Numbered from the stretch's first letter, positions 43,094 through 53,271 are shown. The stretch is DNA of 61,647 nt from Conexivisphaerales archaeon (GCA_049509455.1 JBEKZX010000004.1:1-61647); one strand, 5' to 3'. A program made the numbers and translations. The notes: generated by a model from the letters alone, not told the origin.

Positions 43094-44050
43094 ATGATGA
43101 ATGCAGCCAAGGCGGAGGCGGCCGTCCACACGGCCGAACACTTGTTCATCCGAAGCCTGCAGAACCTAGGCCTGGACCTGACCGTGCACGTCGTCGAGCA
43201 GGAGGGCTTCCAGGGGAAAGTGAAACTGACGGCATCTAGTCTGGATTGGAAGGTCATTGTCGACGCGATGGAGGCCACCAACCGGATGATCGCCGCCTCC
43301 CTTCCGGTGGAAGAGCTCCACTACGCCTCCACGGAAGAGGCGAAAAGGGAGTTCCCCGCGCTCAGGACGAGGGAGGAAAGGCTCCAGGGGGAGGTAAGGG
43401 TAGTGAGGATCGGCAAGTACGACGTCGCCACGTGCGCCCATAGCCATGCGGCGGACACGGGGGAGGCCGAGCTCTTCGTCGTGGAGGACTTCCACAGCCT
43501 TGCAGGATCATCCTATGAAGTCTCTTTCGTCACGGGCTCGGAGGCATTTCGGCTGGTGGGCACGATCCTCCTATCTGACGTCGAGGCGGCGGGCCATCTT
43601 CACTGCAGACGGGCGTTGATCGCTGAAGCGGCGGCGAAGAAAGAGGCCGAAGTGGAACGCCTGAAGGGATTCGTGGGCGACCTCACCGCTCGGCTGTTTC
43701 GTCAGCTCCGACCCTTGGCCACGTTGGGAGAGGCGGAAGTGTACGCCGGCGACCTAGGGCCGGCATCAGGCAGGATTCTCATGTCGGAGGTGGGCCAAGC
43801 CACGGCTGCAGGGAAGGGGCTCTACCTACTGGGGTACGTGCAGGAGGGCGTGCCATCCGTGCTAGCCGCCAGAGGCCCGAACCTGGACCTGGATTGCCGC
43901 GGCCTTCTCGCGAGGGTGCTTTCGGAACAGGGAGGGAAAGGGGGAGGCAAGGCGAGCTTCGCGATGGGGGGAGGCCCAGGGGTGACGCCGTCGAAGGTCA
44001 TCGAGAGAATGATCGAGCTCCTTTCAGCGGGACATGTCGACAAGCCTTAA
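43094..44050 (+). CDS. AlaX-like tRNA editing protein with DHHA1 domain
   Basis: HTAEH and CAHSH Zn motifs; GGKGGG..FAMGG C-terminus. Confidence 0.8.
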   Translation: MMNAAKAEAAVHTAEHLFIRSLQNLGLDLTVHVVEQEGFQGKVKLTASSLDWKVIVDAMEATNRMIAASLPVEELHYASTEEAKREFPALRTREERLQGEVRVVRIGKYDVATCAHSHAADTGEAELFVVEDFHSLAGSSYEVSFVTGSEAFRLVGTILLSDVEAAGHLHCRRALIAEAAAKKEAEVERLKGFVGDLTARLFRQLRPLATLGEAEVYAGDLGPASGRILMSEVGQATAAGKGLYLLGYVQEGVPSVLAARGPNLDLDCRGLLARVLSEQGGKGGGKASFAMGGGPGVTPSKVIERMIELLSAGHVDKP

Positions 44051-44093
44051 AGCCGCGGTTCAGCCTAACCCGTGGTCGAGAGGTCAATCCGAA

Positions 44094-45224
44094 ATGGCAG
44101 AACCGACGCTCCTAATGATACCAGGCCCCACGAACCTCCACCCGCGCGTCTTGCAAACGATGTCCCTTCCGATGGTGGGGCACACGTCGCAGGAGTTCGA
44201 GAACGACTTCCTGCAGATTCTTGACCTCACCAGGTACGTCTTCAAGGCGAAGGGGGACGTGATTGTGCTCTCGGGTTCAGGGACGTTCGGGATAGAGTCC
44301 TCCGCCGCCAGCATCCTCGAAAGGGGCGACAAGGTCCTCTCAATCGAGCTGGGCTACTTTGGAAAGCGCTACACGAACGTCTCGCGGATTTATGGCGAGG
44401 CGACCACTGTCTACGCCCCACCTGAGGGTGAGGGAGCCGACCCCAAGGTCCTCGACGAGATGCTTTCAAAGGACCCCTACAAGGCCGTCCTGATCACCCA
44501 TATCGAAACGAGCATGGGGGTCATCAACAAAGTCAAGGAGCTGGCGTCGGTGGCGGCCCGCCACGGCGCCCTGTCGTTCCTCGATTCGGTCTGCGGGCTC
44601 GGAGGCGCCGAGCTGAGGTTCGACGAATGGGGGATCGACGTGGCCTTCGCGGGCTCTCAGAAGGCTCTAGCGGCCCCGCCGGGGGCGATGCTGATGGCGC
44701 TCTCGAACCGAGCCGTGGGGGTCATCGAAAACAGGAAGACGCCCATCCCGTCGTACTACTTCAACCTTCAGAGCTGGCTCAAGGTGATGAAGGACCCACG
44801 CATCTACGTCACTACGCCCAGCGTGTCCGTACTTCGCGCCCTGCGCGTGGCCCTGGAGATGGTCAAGGAAGAGGGTCTGGAAGCCCGCTGGAGGAGGCAT
44901 ATGGTACTCTCCACCGCTTTCAGGGAGGCCCTCCTTGAGGGAGGCGTCAGGCTCTGGGCGAGGGACCCGAGTCCCACCGTTACGACGATACAGGTGAAGG
45001 ATGCAGCGAAGATTCACAAGTCTGTCCTGGAGAGGTATAACATCCTTGTCGCCAGGGGCGTCGACACCCATAGGAACGATATGATCAGGGTGGGCCACAT
45101 GGGGAACGTGACGAAGGAGCAGCTCCTGGTGACGCTGGCGGCGTTCGGCGAGGCGGTGAAGGACGAACTCCCGGGGTTCGACGCTGGGAAGGCCGTAACC
45201 ACCTTCATGAAGGGGACGGATTAG
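44094..45224 (+). CDS. Class V aminotransferase (serine-pyruvate/alanine-glyoxylate)
   Basis: MIPGPT, GSGT, HIETSMG, GSQKALAAPPG, RVGHMG. Confidence 0.92.
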   Translation: MAEPTLLMIPGPTNLHPRVLQTMSLPMVGHTSQEFENDFLQILDLTRYVFKAKGDVIVLSGSGTFGIESSAASILERGDKVLSIELGYFGKRYTNVSRIYGEATTVYAPPEGEGADPKVLDEMLSKDPYKAVLITHIETSMGVINKVKELASVAARHGALSFLDSVCGLGGAELRFDEWGIDVAFAGSQKALAAPPGAMLMALSNRAVGVIENRKTPIPSYYFNLQSWLKVMKDPRIYVTTPSVSVLRALRVALEMVKEEGLEARWRRHMVLSTAFREALLEGGVRLWARDPSPTVTTIQVKDAAKIHKSVLERYNILVARGVDTHRNDMIRVGHMGNVTKEQLLVTLAAFGEAVKDELPGFDAGKAVTTFMKGTD

Positions 45225-45247
45225 GCCGAGCGACCTTTCTCCAGTCA

Positions 45248-45262
45248 GAAAAGGACTTATAC
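45248..45262 (+). promoter_or_regulatory. BRE/TATA promoter of tRNA-Gln
   Basis: GAAAAGGAC-TTATAC; spacing predicts a transcription start near 45284. Confidence 0.6.
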
Positions 45263-45294
45263 CTACGAAAAGTCTGTGCATACGGTAGCCCTGA

Positions 45295-45444
45295 AGCCCG
45301 GTCGAGGCGCAGGTGCGCCGCCGAGTCTAGCGGCCAAGGATACCAGGCTCTGGATCCTGACAGCCGTGGGCTAGAACGAGACTCCTTGGCGCTGTTGGGA
45401 GGAGACCCCTGGTGACGAGGGTTCGAATCCTTCCCGGGCTACCA
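45295..45444 (+). tRNA. tRNA-Gln(CTG) with two introns: 10/11 (45305-45325, 21 nt) and 37/38 (45354-45406, 53 nt)
   Basis: Spliced product AGCCCGG TC GTCT AGCGGCCAA GGAT A CCAGG CTCTGGC CCTGG TGAC GAGGG TTCGAAT CCTTC CCGGGCT A CCA; A1-U72; BHB-type helices at both introns. Confidence 0.9.
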
Positions 45445-45752
45445 TCCTCCTTGGTTGATAGCCTGAGTTCTGAACGCAAGCGAATCCGTCATTGCCCGTG
45501 AAGGGTGTCCAATAGTAACTTGAAACGAAGGCGATGCTCTCTCAAAGGGTTCCGAGGGCCACTCTGGGGAGGAAGCCAAGCGCCGCAACCCAATGGGCAA
45601 AACACTTCAATCGAAGAATGCTGACAGGTGCGACGTTGACAACGTCGAACGACCGGGCCGCGACGCATGAGGCCTAGAGGGCAGGCGGCGCGGCTGCTAG
45701 TGGCTACGTAAGCGCAGCATCCTAGCAAACCCTTCGTCGATTCACGCCTATG

Positions 45753-47246
45753 CTAAGGTGGAGGAGGCCCAACGTCCTCTTGCCAATGAATCAGTTTCTC
45801 ATAGGTCCTCTGGTTGTAATACCTGTCGTAGAAGGAAACATGTTCCTCCTCCAACCCCATGAGGTACTCATGAATCCTCTGAGCCGCCTCACGGCCCGAA
45901 GCCATCGCCTTCACGACCAGCGACTCACCTGTAGTCACGTCCCCCGCCGCAAACACCCCCTCCATCGAAGTCCTATAATGATCGTCTATTGAGATGGAGT
46001 TGTTTGTGCCCATCTTCAGGCCAGCCTTCCGCTGGAGAAACGGGTTGGGACGCCGCCCAAGCGCTAGAAGCACAGAGGAGCATCTGATCTCAGATTCCTG
46101 TTCCGGGAGTACCTCTACCCTCGGCTTCCCATGTTCATCCGGCGCCCCAAGCCTCGTCGCGGACAGCGTCGTGCTGACTATGCGTCCATCGACGCCGTTG
46201 TACGACTTGGACTGAGCCAGGAACCTGAACTGGACGCCCTCCTCCTTCGCTTCCTCTATCATGATCGGATCGGCTGGCATTTCATTGACCGTCCGGCGAT
46301 AGACCACCGTCACGTTGCCCGACGACAGCCTCAGTGCAGTTCGTGCGCAGTCCAACGCCGCGTCCCCTCCGCCCATCACCAAGATTTCCTTTCCGAGGTC
46401 ATACTTCGGGCGTCTGAGATAGTTATCTACGCCGTCGACGAAGACGTCATGAAGGAACCGGTAGCCGTCGTATATCCCTTTCAGTTCCAAACCTGGCGGC
46501 TTCTCCTTCACCGGCTCGCCCAATCCGGTAGCTATCAGGACAGCGTTCGAGCCACCTGCCAACAGATCTCTGAGAGACACGTCCCTGCCCACCTTCATAT
46601 TCAGCTTGATCTCGACTCCTTCCTCCTGTATCCTCTCCATTTCATAGAGAAAGACCTCCTTCGGCAGGTGGAAGTCAGGGATGCCATACCAAGCGGTGCC
46701 CCCTGGTGCCGGCCCTTCTTCAAAGATGGTAACAGTATGGCCATATCTCCTCAAGAGGTCGGCCGCAGCCAGGCCTGCCGGGCCAGCACCAACTACCGAG
46801 ACGTGCTTTCCTGTGTCGGTGGCCCTGGGCGGCTCTGGTTGTCTTGATTCAACACGCTCCCAATCAGCCACGAACCTCTGGATCATCCCGACAGCGATGG
46901 GATGACCGGCCCATCGCATCGCGCACGCGTCCTCGCAAAGTCTGTGCAACTGCGGGCAACACCGGGCCGTGACGCCTGGCAAGGGGTTCGTCTCCCTTAG
47001 CTTCCTGTAGGCAGCCGCAAGGTCTCCCCTGGCAACCGCTTCGCACATTCCACGGACGTCTGCCAGAACTGGGCAGGAGTCCATACACACGGGAGTGCCA
47101 CAGGTGAGGCAGCGGTCTGCCTCAGCGATCGATTCAGCCAAAGTATAGGGCTCTTGGACCTCGGAGAAGTCCCGCTTTCTTCTGTCCGCGCTGGACCTGG
47201 GGAAGGGAAACGCTCTGACACGATTGGGTCTAACCACGGCGCTCAT
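45753..47246 (-). CDS. GltD/SudA-like FAD/NAD(P) Fe-S oxidoreductase
   Basis: RCLTC..PVC..SCP, ARCCPQ...CEDAC, VGAGPAG, GGGDAALDCAR, FAAGD. Confidence 0.9.
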   Translation of the reverse strand: MSAVVRPNRVRAFPFPRSSADRRKRDFSEVQEPYTLAESIAEADRCLTCGTPVCMDSCPVLADVRGMCEAVARGDLAAAYRKLRETNPLPGVTARCCPQLHRLCEDACAMRWAGHPIAVGMIQRFVADWERVESRQPEPPRATDTGKHVSVVGAGPAGLAAADLLRRYGHTVTIFEEGPAPGGTAWYGIPDFHLPKEVFLYEMERIQEEGVEIKLNMKVGRDVSLRDLLAGGSNAVLIATGLGEPVKEKPPGLELKGIYDGYRFLHDVFVDGVDNYLRRPKYDLGKEILVMGGGDAALDCARTALRLSSGNVTVVYRRTVNEMPADPIMIEEAKEEGVQFRFLAQSKSYNGVDGRIVSTTLSATRLGAPDEHGKPRVEVLPEQESEIRCSSVLLALGRRPNPFLQRKAGLKMGTNNSISIDDHYRTSMEGVFAAGDVTTGESLVVKAMASGREAAQRIHEYLMGLEEEHVSFYDRYYNQRTYEKLIHWQEDVGPPPP

Positions 47247-47294
47247 ACGACGAGCACGAACCGATACAGCATGAGTACATAACCCATATATAAA

Positions 47295-47780
47295 TGACAA
47301 TTATGACGGTCTTCCCCGGTACGGAAGCGGCCACGACCACGGCGATTTCGGTGCCCATCCCAAGGACCGTCGATTGGAAGTCGTTGGGGAGCAGTGCCTC
47401 TGGAACGATGGCTGCCTCGAGAGCTTCGACCGCCCCGACTGAGAAGCCAGTGGCCATGATGCCCTTCTCGAAGTGTGCTTATGAAGAACCCCCCTCCCGG
47501 CTCCGGATGACTGACTTGCAGGCGTTCCTGGCTAGTCGAAGGCCTAAGTAGAGGAGCAATGCGCCACCAACGAGCCTCACGGCCATGTCGGGGAGAAGGG
47601 TGATGAGTTCCCCGAGCACGTACACAGGAGCGAATACCGCTACGACTCCCAGCGCCACACGACACCCGGCCGTAACGGTTCTAGCATACAGCTCTGAGGA
47701 CCACAATCAGTTTGCCGCTTAATGCGGCGATATCTCTCGCCGCCCTCGGGATAACTGCACTGGGGCTGGTGGAGGCCGTC
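47295..47780. pseudogene. Broken COG4280-like membrane protein; body on - strand, N-terminus inverted onto + strand
   Basis: - strand LLLYLGLRLAR...*...FSVGAVEALEAAIV; + strand 47712 MPLNAAISLAALGITALGLVEA. Confidence 0.55.
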
Positions 47781-47897
47781 CGCAATAGCAGGAAGAAGTA
47801 CTCGACTCAGGAGCTGTCGCTCGCCACGATCGCAAAGTCGCGGAGATGGATGACAGGGTTCTCCTGGCTTCGCAAGACTTGGCCTCATTCAGTGCAA

Positions 47898-50534
47898 CTA
47901 TCGCAACAACGATACATCTGACCTTCTGTGGCCGAATGAGATGGTCTTCTTCAGCTCCATCCAGAACGAGGCGACGAAGGAGGCGAAAATCATCAGGGCC
48001 CAATCTGGTCCGGAGAGGGACGTTGTCCGGAGGGCGCCCTGCAGCCAGGGGACGTACACCGCGGCCAGCAGGCTGACGAAGGCAGCAGAAGCCCAGAGCA
48101 CCATCAACCTATTGCTTAAGAAGCCGATGGAGGCGAGGGGTTCCCTTTCCGTCCTCATGTTCAGCGCCAGCAGGACGTGGCATATCATCCAGGTGCCGAA
48201 AGCCATCGTCTGGGCTTCCAGGGCGCTCCTTCCAAGGCAGAGGCTGAAGAAGTAGACGACGGAGACGGCTAGGAAGAGGCTCACGGCCCCTCCGGCGATG
48301 CCTTTCTTCATCGCGCCGTCCATGAACTTCGTCTTGGGGCTGCGTGGGCCCCTCGCCATTATCCCGCTTTCGGCACGCTCGGCGACGAACGTGGACGAGG
48401 CGGCCAAGTCCATGAAGAGCTCGAGGAGGATGATCTGGATGGGGGCGAACGGCAGGGGGACCCCTGCGAAAATGGGAAGCAGAAATATGGAGACCAAAGC
48501 GACCTTGCAAGCAAGGTAGTATCTCACTCCCTTGCGCAGGTTGTCGAAGAGCTTCCTCCCCTGCTCAACTGCGGCGCCGACGGTGACGAAATCGTCGTCG
48601 AGGAGGATCATATCCGCCGCCTCCTTCGCCACGTCGGTCCCGGTCCTGCCCATGGCCACCCCTATGTCGGCCCTCTTCAGAGCAGGCGCGTCGTTGACGC
48701 CGTCTCCGGTCACCGCCACGACCTCCCCATTCGCCTTGAGCGCCTCCACGACGCGGAGCTTGTGCTCAGGTGACGCCCTCGCGAAGACGAAGGTGCTCCT
48801 GACGGCCGTGTCCAGGTCCCCCTCCGTCATCCCGTCGAGCTTCGCCCCATCTAAGACGCCGCCTTTCACAGTTATGCCCACGGCATCAGCGACGGCCCTT
48901 GCTGTGGCTTCGTAATCACCTGTGACCATGTAGACCTTGATCCCGGCTCCGAGGCAGGCCTCGACGGCGCCCTTTGCATCCGCCCTGGGCGGGTCCTCGA
49001 AGCCTGCCAGGCCTAGGAAGGTGAGGCCGTCCTCTGCCTCTTCGCGCGACCTGGGGGCGACTTCGACCTTCTTGCAACCGTAGGCGATGACGCGGAGGGC
49101 CCTCCCTGCCATCCTTCCCACCGCGGACAGGATCCCTGCCGCGGCCTGATCGGTCATCTCGGTGTTCTCTCCATCCACCGACAGCCTTGTTGACCGGGCG
49201 AGGATGGCCTCCGGAGCTCCCTTCGAGAGGACTTCTATGACGCCAGATCGCTCGTACACTTGCGTCATCATCTTGCGGTCAGTGTCAAAGGTGTATTCGT
49301 TGAGAAGATGGTAGCCGGCGCGCAGCTCCTCGTAGGGAAGTCCCGCGACAATGGCCGCCTCCGCCATGGCGACCTCTATGGGGTCCCCGCGGGAGCCTTG
49401 ACCTGGGGCAGATTCGAGATCGTTAAGGACGAGCCCGACTTCAAGAAGGGTCCTTTGGCCGGGCAAGAGCGAGCCCGAACCCACTTCCGAAAGGCGCCCG
49501 TCCGAAAGGAGGGAAGCAAGCTTCATCCGGCCCTCTGTAAGGGTGCCCGTCTTGTCGGTGACTATGGACGTGACGTCACCCAGCGTCTCCGCGGCCCTGA
49601 GCCGCTTGACGAGGGCTTTCCTCCTCGACAGCGCGAAGGCGCCGAGGGCCAGCACCATAGTGACGATGATGGGGAGCTCCTCGGGGATCACGGCGAACGC
49701 GAGGCTGAGGCCGGTCAGAATCATTTGCCGGAGGTCCCTGCCCTCCAGAATCCCCAAGGCGGGAATCAACGCGCTGAAGAAGACCGCCACCCATACCAGC
49801 GTGCCCGTGAGCTGCCTCATGGCTGTCTGCAGGGGGGTCCTTGGCTCCTTCACCTCCTCCGTCAGCTTGGCTATCCTGCCGACTTCGGTGTTCATCCCGG
49901 TCGCGGTGACAATGGCCCTCGCCTTCCCCGCGACCACATGTGTGCCTGCGAAGACCATGTCGTTCCTGTCCCCCACGCCGGTGTCTGGCGGGAGGATGTT
50001 CCGGGAGTCCTTGGCCTTGGGCATGGATTCACCCGTAAGGGTGGCCTCATCGGCTTCGAGACCATAGGACTCGAAGAGCCTGCCGTCGGCGGCGACCCTC
50101 TCGCCGACCTTCAGCAGGAGGATGTCGCCGGGGACGAGAGCTGGGGTGGGGACTTCGACGACCACGCCGCCCCTGATGACCTGGGCGGTGGGCTGCGAGA
50201 GCTCCATCAGAGAAGCAATCGTCCTGTCAGTCCTGTATTCATTGAAGACCTCCGCCAGCACGAGTGTAACTATCACTGCAAATATGGTGAGCGCGTCCCA
50301 GATGCTCCCCCACAAGCTATAGATGATGCCCACCGAGATCAGGAGGAGGATCATGGGTTCTCGTATCTCCTCAAGGGCGACATCGAGGAAGCCCTCCTTC
50401 TCATGCTCGCCGATGGAGTTCGGTCCGGCCTCCCCCAGCCTTCTCTCAGCCTCCTGGACGGAAAGGCCCACGGCGGGATCGACATCAAGAGACTTCGCGA
50501 CGCTGGCAACTTCGTCCGCCCAGACGGTTACCAT
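47898..50534 (-). CDS. Type II cation-transporting P-type ATPase
   Basis: TGES, IPEEL, DKTGTLT, KGAPE, TGD, GDGVNDAPAL. Confidence 0.95.
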   Translation of the reverse strand: MVTVWADEVASVAKSLDVDPAVGLSVQEAERRLGEAGPNSIGEHEKEGFLDVALEEIREPMILLLISVGIIYSLWGSIWDALTIFAVIVTLVLAEVFNEYRTDRTIASLMELSQPTAQVIRGGVVVEVPTPALVPGDILLLKVGERVAADGRLFESYGLEADEATLTGESMPKAKDSRNILPPDTGVGDRNDMVFAGTHVVAGKARAIVTATGMNTEVGRIAKLTEEVKEPRTPLQTAMRQLTGTLVWVAVFFSALIPALGILEGRDLRQMILTGLSLAFAVIPEELPIIVTMVLALGAFALSRRKALVKRLRAAETLGDVTSIVTDKTGTLTEGRMKLASLLSDGRLSEVGSGSLLPGQRTLLEVGLVLNDLESAPGQGSRGDPIEVAMAEAAIVAGLPYEELRAGYHLLNEYTFDTDRKMMTQVYERSGVIEVLSKGAPEAILARSTRLSVDGENTEMTDQAAAGILSAVGRMAGRALRVIAYGCKKVEVAPRSREEAEDGLTFLGLAGFEDPPRADAKGAVEACLGAGIKVYMVTGDYEATARAVADAVGITVKGGVLDGAKLDGMTEGDLDTAVRSTFVFARASPEHKLRVVEALKANGEVVAVTGDGVNDAPALKRADIGVAMGRTGTDVAKEAADMILLDDDFVTVGAAVEQGRKLFDNLRKGVRYYLACKVALVSIFLLPIFAGVPLPFAPIQIILLELFMDLAASSTFVAERAESGIMARGPRSPKTKFMDGAMKKGIAGGAVSLFLAVSVVYFFSLCLGRSALEAQTMAFGTWMICHVLLALNMRTEREPLASIGFLSNRLMVLWASAAFVSLLAAVYVPWLQGALRTTSLSGPDWALMIFASFVASFWMELKKTISFGHRRSDVSLLR

Positions 50535-51100
50535 GCTGACCGGAGGGGACGGCCTACGACTTCATCTAAAAACGTTCGCCCATGTGCCATTCCGCTCGAC
50601 GTGTTCTCACAGGATACGACGTCCTGGACCTGTGTTTCCCTGTCGGGTACCATCAACTCACCTAGCTTTCTGATAGGCCTCAATAAGCGGGCTTCATCCT
50701 CCATGATTCTGGCCTTATTCCGTCTGTCGTCGACCCGTTTCTCGAACTCGGAAGCGATGTCATCAAATCATAAGGACTGAAGCATAGTCCGAGTGATGGC
50801 TCCGATGCAGGCGGCCAGAGCGGAGATCAAGTCAGAAGGCGTCTGCAACATCGTCTGGGTGAGAGTGCGCCTCTCGATTCAATCATAACATGGAGCCATT
50901 GTCTCATGGCATCTGTCCTTTCCCCCCTGCCCAGGCGTGGCGCCCTGCCTACCGTCAGCGTCGCTTCATGAAATCCTTCCCTCGATGCTCTTGGCTGAAG
51001 CGGCGTGGAGTGATTCGAGAGCTTGCGCGGAAGAAGACCAAGCATGGACGGCCGACGGCTCGTTCCCAGGTTAAAATAGGCGGTGCCCCGAGTCTCGCTC

Positions 51101-51568
51101 ATGTCGGAGATTAGCCTTCAGGACAGGTACGCCCCGAACAGCGTCTGCTTCGGCTGCGGCCCCGCCAATAGCGCGGGGCTCCACATCAAGAGCTGCGTGG
51201 AGGGGGACAGGGTTGTGGCCGACTGGAGGTCTGAGCCGCGGTTTCTCGCCTTCGAAGGCTATCTGAACGGAGGGATTATCGGGGTCCTCTTCGACTGCCA
51301 CAGCAACTGGGCCGCGGCCTACTTCTTGATGAAGTCGAGGAAGCTGGGCGCACCTCCGGCGACAGTCACTGCTCGCTACTCCGTCGCCCTGCACAAGCCT
51401 ACCCCCATCGACAGGGTGCTTCACGTGGAATCGAGGATAACCCGTCATTGGGGCAACAGGGTGGCCGTTAGGACCACCCTTCAGGCGGACGGAGTGGTGA
51501 CGGCGACCTTCAAAGGGACCTTCGTGGCCGTAAGAGAGGGGCACCCAGCATTCGAAAGGTGGATGTAG
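51101..51568 (+). CDS. PaaI/hot-dog thioesterase
   Basis: CFGCGPAN..GL, GYLNGGII..FDCH. Confidence 0.85.
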   Translation: MSEISLQDRYAPNSVCFGCGPANSAGLHIKSCVEGDRVVADWRSEPRFLAFEGYLNGGIIGVLFDCHSNWAAAYFLMKSRKLGAPPATVTARYSVALHKPTPIDRVLHVESRITRHWGNRVAVRTTLQADGVVTATFKGTFVAVREGHPAFERWM

Positions 51569-51854
51569 AGGCTTTAAGGGACGGGGAGAGGTCCTTGCAG
51601 GGAGGATTCGGGACGACGGTCTGGGACACCACAGATGACCCGCATGGGTCGCCTTTTATTGAACGATTCCCAACCGATGGGCACACAAGCTTCCTGAGTC
51701 AGCTTTGTCTTCCTCGACCTGGCCTAGGCGTGGTGTTCTGAAGGCTAGAACCAATATCCAGTCCTTGCCAAGATTAAAGGACAGCTAATGCCTGAGGCCA
51801 AGGTGGTGATGCTCATAGCCATCATGTCGATGACTGTTGCCATCGGGGCGGTGC

Positions 51855-53015
51855 CTACTTCTTCAACGCCAGACGCCGAAGCTCTTCGACCCTGTCGGTC
51901 CTCTCCCAAGTGAACTCTGGCTCGCGCCTTCCGAAATGCCCGTAGCAGGCGGTCTTCCTGTATATGGGCCTAAGGAGGTCCAGCTGTATGATCATCATCC
52001 CAGGGCGAAGGTCGAAGGCCTCCTCCACGGCCTTGGCGATCTTTTCGTCAGGGACCTTCCCTGTGCCGAATGTGGTGACCATGAGGGAAACGGGCCGGGC
52101 GACGCCTATCGCGTAGGCTATCTGCACTTCGCACCTGTCCGCCAGACCAGCGGCGACAATGTTCTTGGCCACGTACCTTGCCATGTAGCTGCCTGAGCGG
52201 TCCACCTTCGTCGGGTCCTTCCCCGAAAAGCAGCCTCCACCGTGAGAGCCCACGCCGCCGTAGGTGTCCACGATGATCTTCCTTCCGGTCAGGCCCGAGT
52301 CGGCCAAGGTGCCGCCGATGACGAATCTTCCCGTCTCGTTCACGTGGAATTTCGTGTTCCCGTCAATCATGTTAGGCGGGACCACCGTCTTGATCACCTT
52401 CTCTATCACGTCCTTCTTCATCGTCTCCCTATCCACGTGTTCCTCGTGCTGGGCGGCCACCACGACGGCCTCCACCCTCTTGGGGCTCCCGTTTTCGTAT
52501 TCGACGGTGACCTGAGACTTCCCGTCGGGTCTGAGGTAGGGGAGGAGACCTGACTTGCGTGTCTCCGCCAAGCGCCTGACGATTCCGTGGGCCAGCATGA
52601 TGGGGAGAGGCATGAGCTCGGGCGTCTCGTTGCAAGCGTAGCCGAACATGAGCCCTTGGTCCCCGGCCCCCATCTCCTCCGGAGGCCTGTTAACGCCCAT
52701 GGCGATGTCAGGGGACTGCTCCTCGATCGAGACGAGGATGCCGCAGGTCTCCCAGTCCAGGCCATCCCTCGCGTTGTTCAGCCCGATCTCCTTCAGCACC
52801 CCACGCACGATCTGTTTGTACTTCAAGTTGGCCGTGGTCGTTATCTGTCCCGTGACTACCACCATGCTCTCCATGACCACCGTTTCGCAGTCCACTCTGG
52901 CGTTCTTGTCTTGAGAGATCGCGGCGTCGAGGATGGCATCCGAAACCTGGTCGGCTACTTTGTCCGGATGGCCTTCTGCGACTGATTCCGATGTGAAGAA
53001 GTACCTGCTCGGCAA
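51855..53015 (-). CDS. metK: S-adenosylmethionine synthetase, bacterial/eukaryotic type
   Basis: [41 protein letters not shown]. Confidence 0.96.
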   Translation of the reverse strand: MPSRYFFTSESVAEGHPDKVADQVSDAILDAAISQDKNARVDCETVVMESMVVVTGQITTTANLKYKQIVRGVLKEIGLNNARDGLDWETCGILVSIEEQSPDIAMGVNRPPEEMGAGDQGLMFGYACNETPELMPLPIMLAHGIVRRLAETRKSGLLPYLRPDGKSQVTVEYENGSPKRVEAVVVAAQHEEHVDRETMKKDVIEKVIKTVVPPNMIDGNTKFHVNETGRFVIGGTLADSGLTGRKIIVDTYGGVGSHGGGCFSGKDPTKVDRSGSYMARYVAKNIVAAGLADRCEVQIAYAIGVARPVSLMVTTFGTGKVPDEKIAKAVEEAFDLRPGMMIIQLDLLRPIYRKTACYGHFGRREPEFTWERTDRVEELRRLALKK

Positions 53016-53271
53016 GGTATCGTCGTCGTTGCCTAGTCGCGCGGGCTTCTTAAAGTGTGGCGTTCTTTGCCGCTTGGTCCACTGGGAAGGATAGCGCCAT
53101 TTCCTGCCATCTTGAGGATATCGCAATCTCGCTCAGCGGCGCAGGAAGAGCGCGAAGCAGGACACTTCTGAATGAGCACGCCTCCATCGGACCTCCACGG
53201 CCTCTCACCGGCGGCTTGCGTTCGTCAGCCCCGCCAAACGCATATCTTCCTGAGCGTGGAAGGCCCGCCCG

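Noticed and set aside
45287-45299. AGCCC-TGA-AGCCC as a third 8-nt intron in the acceptor stem
   Set aside because: Too short and no BHB geometry; better explained as leader sequence
49260-50780. 506-aa + strand ORF and other long antisense ORFs (e.g. 4341-5279, 39833-40567)
   Set aside because: Shadow frames of well-supported high-GC genes, with no protein motifs
51855-53015. Bacterial-type MetK in an archaeon as a novelty
   Set aside because: To my knowledge this type is already known from Nitrososphaerota, so it was used only as a taxonomic hint
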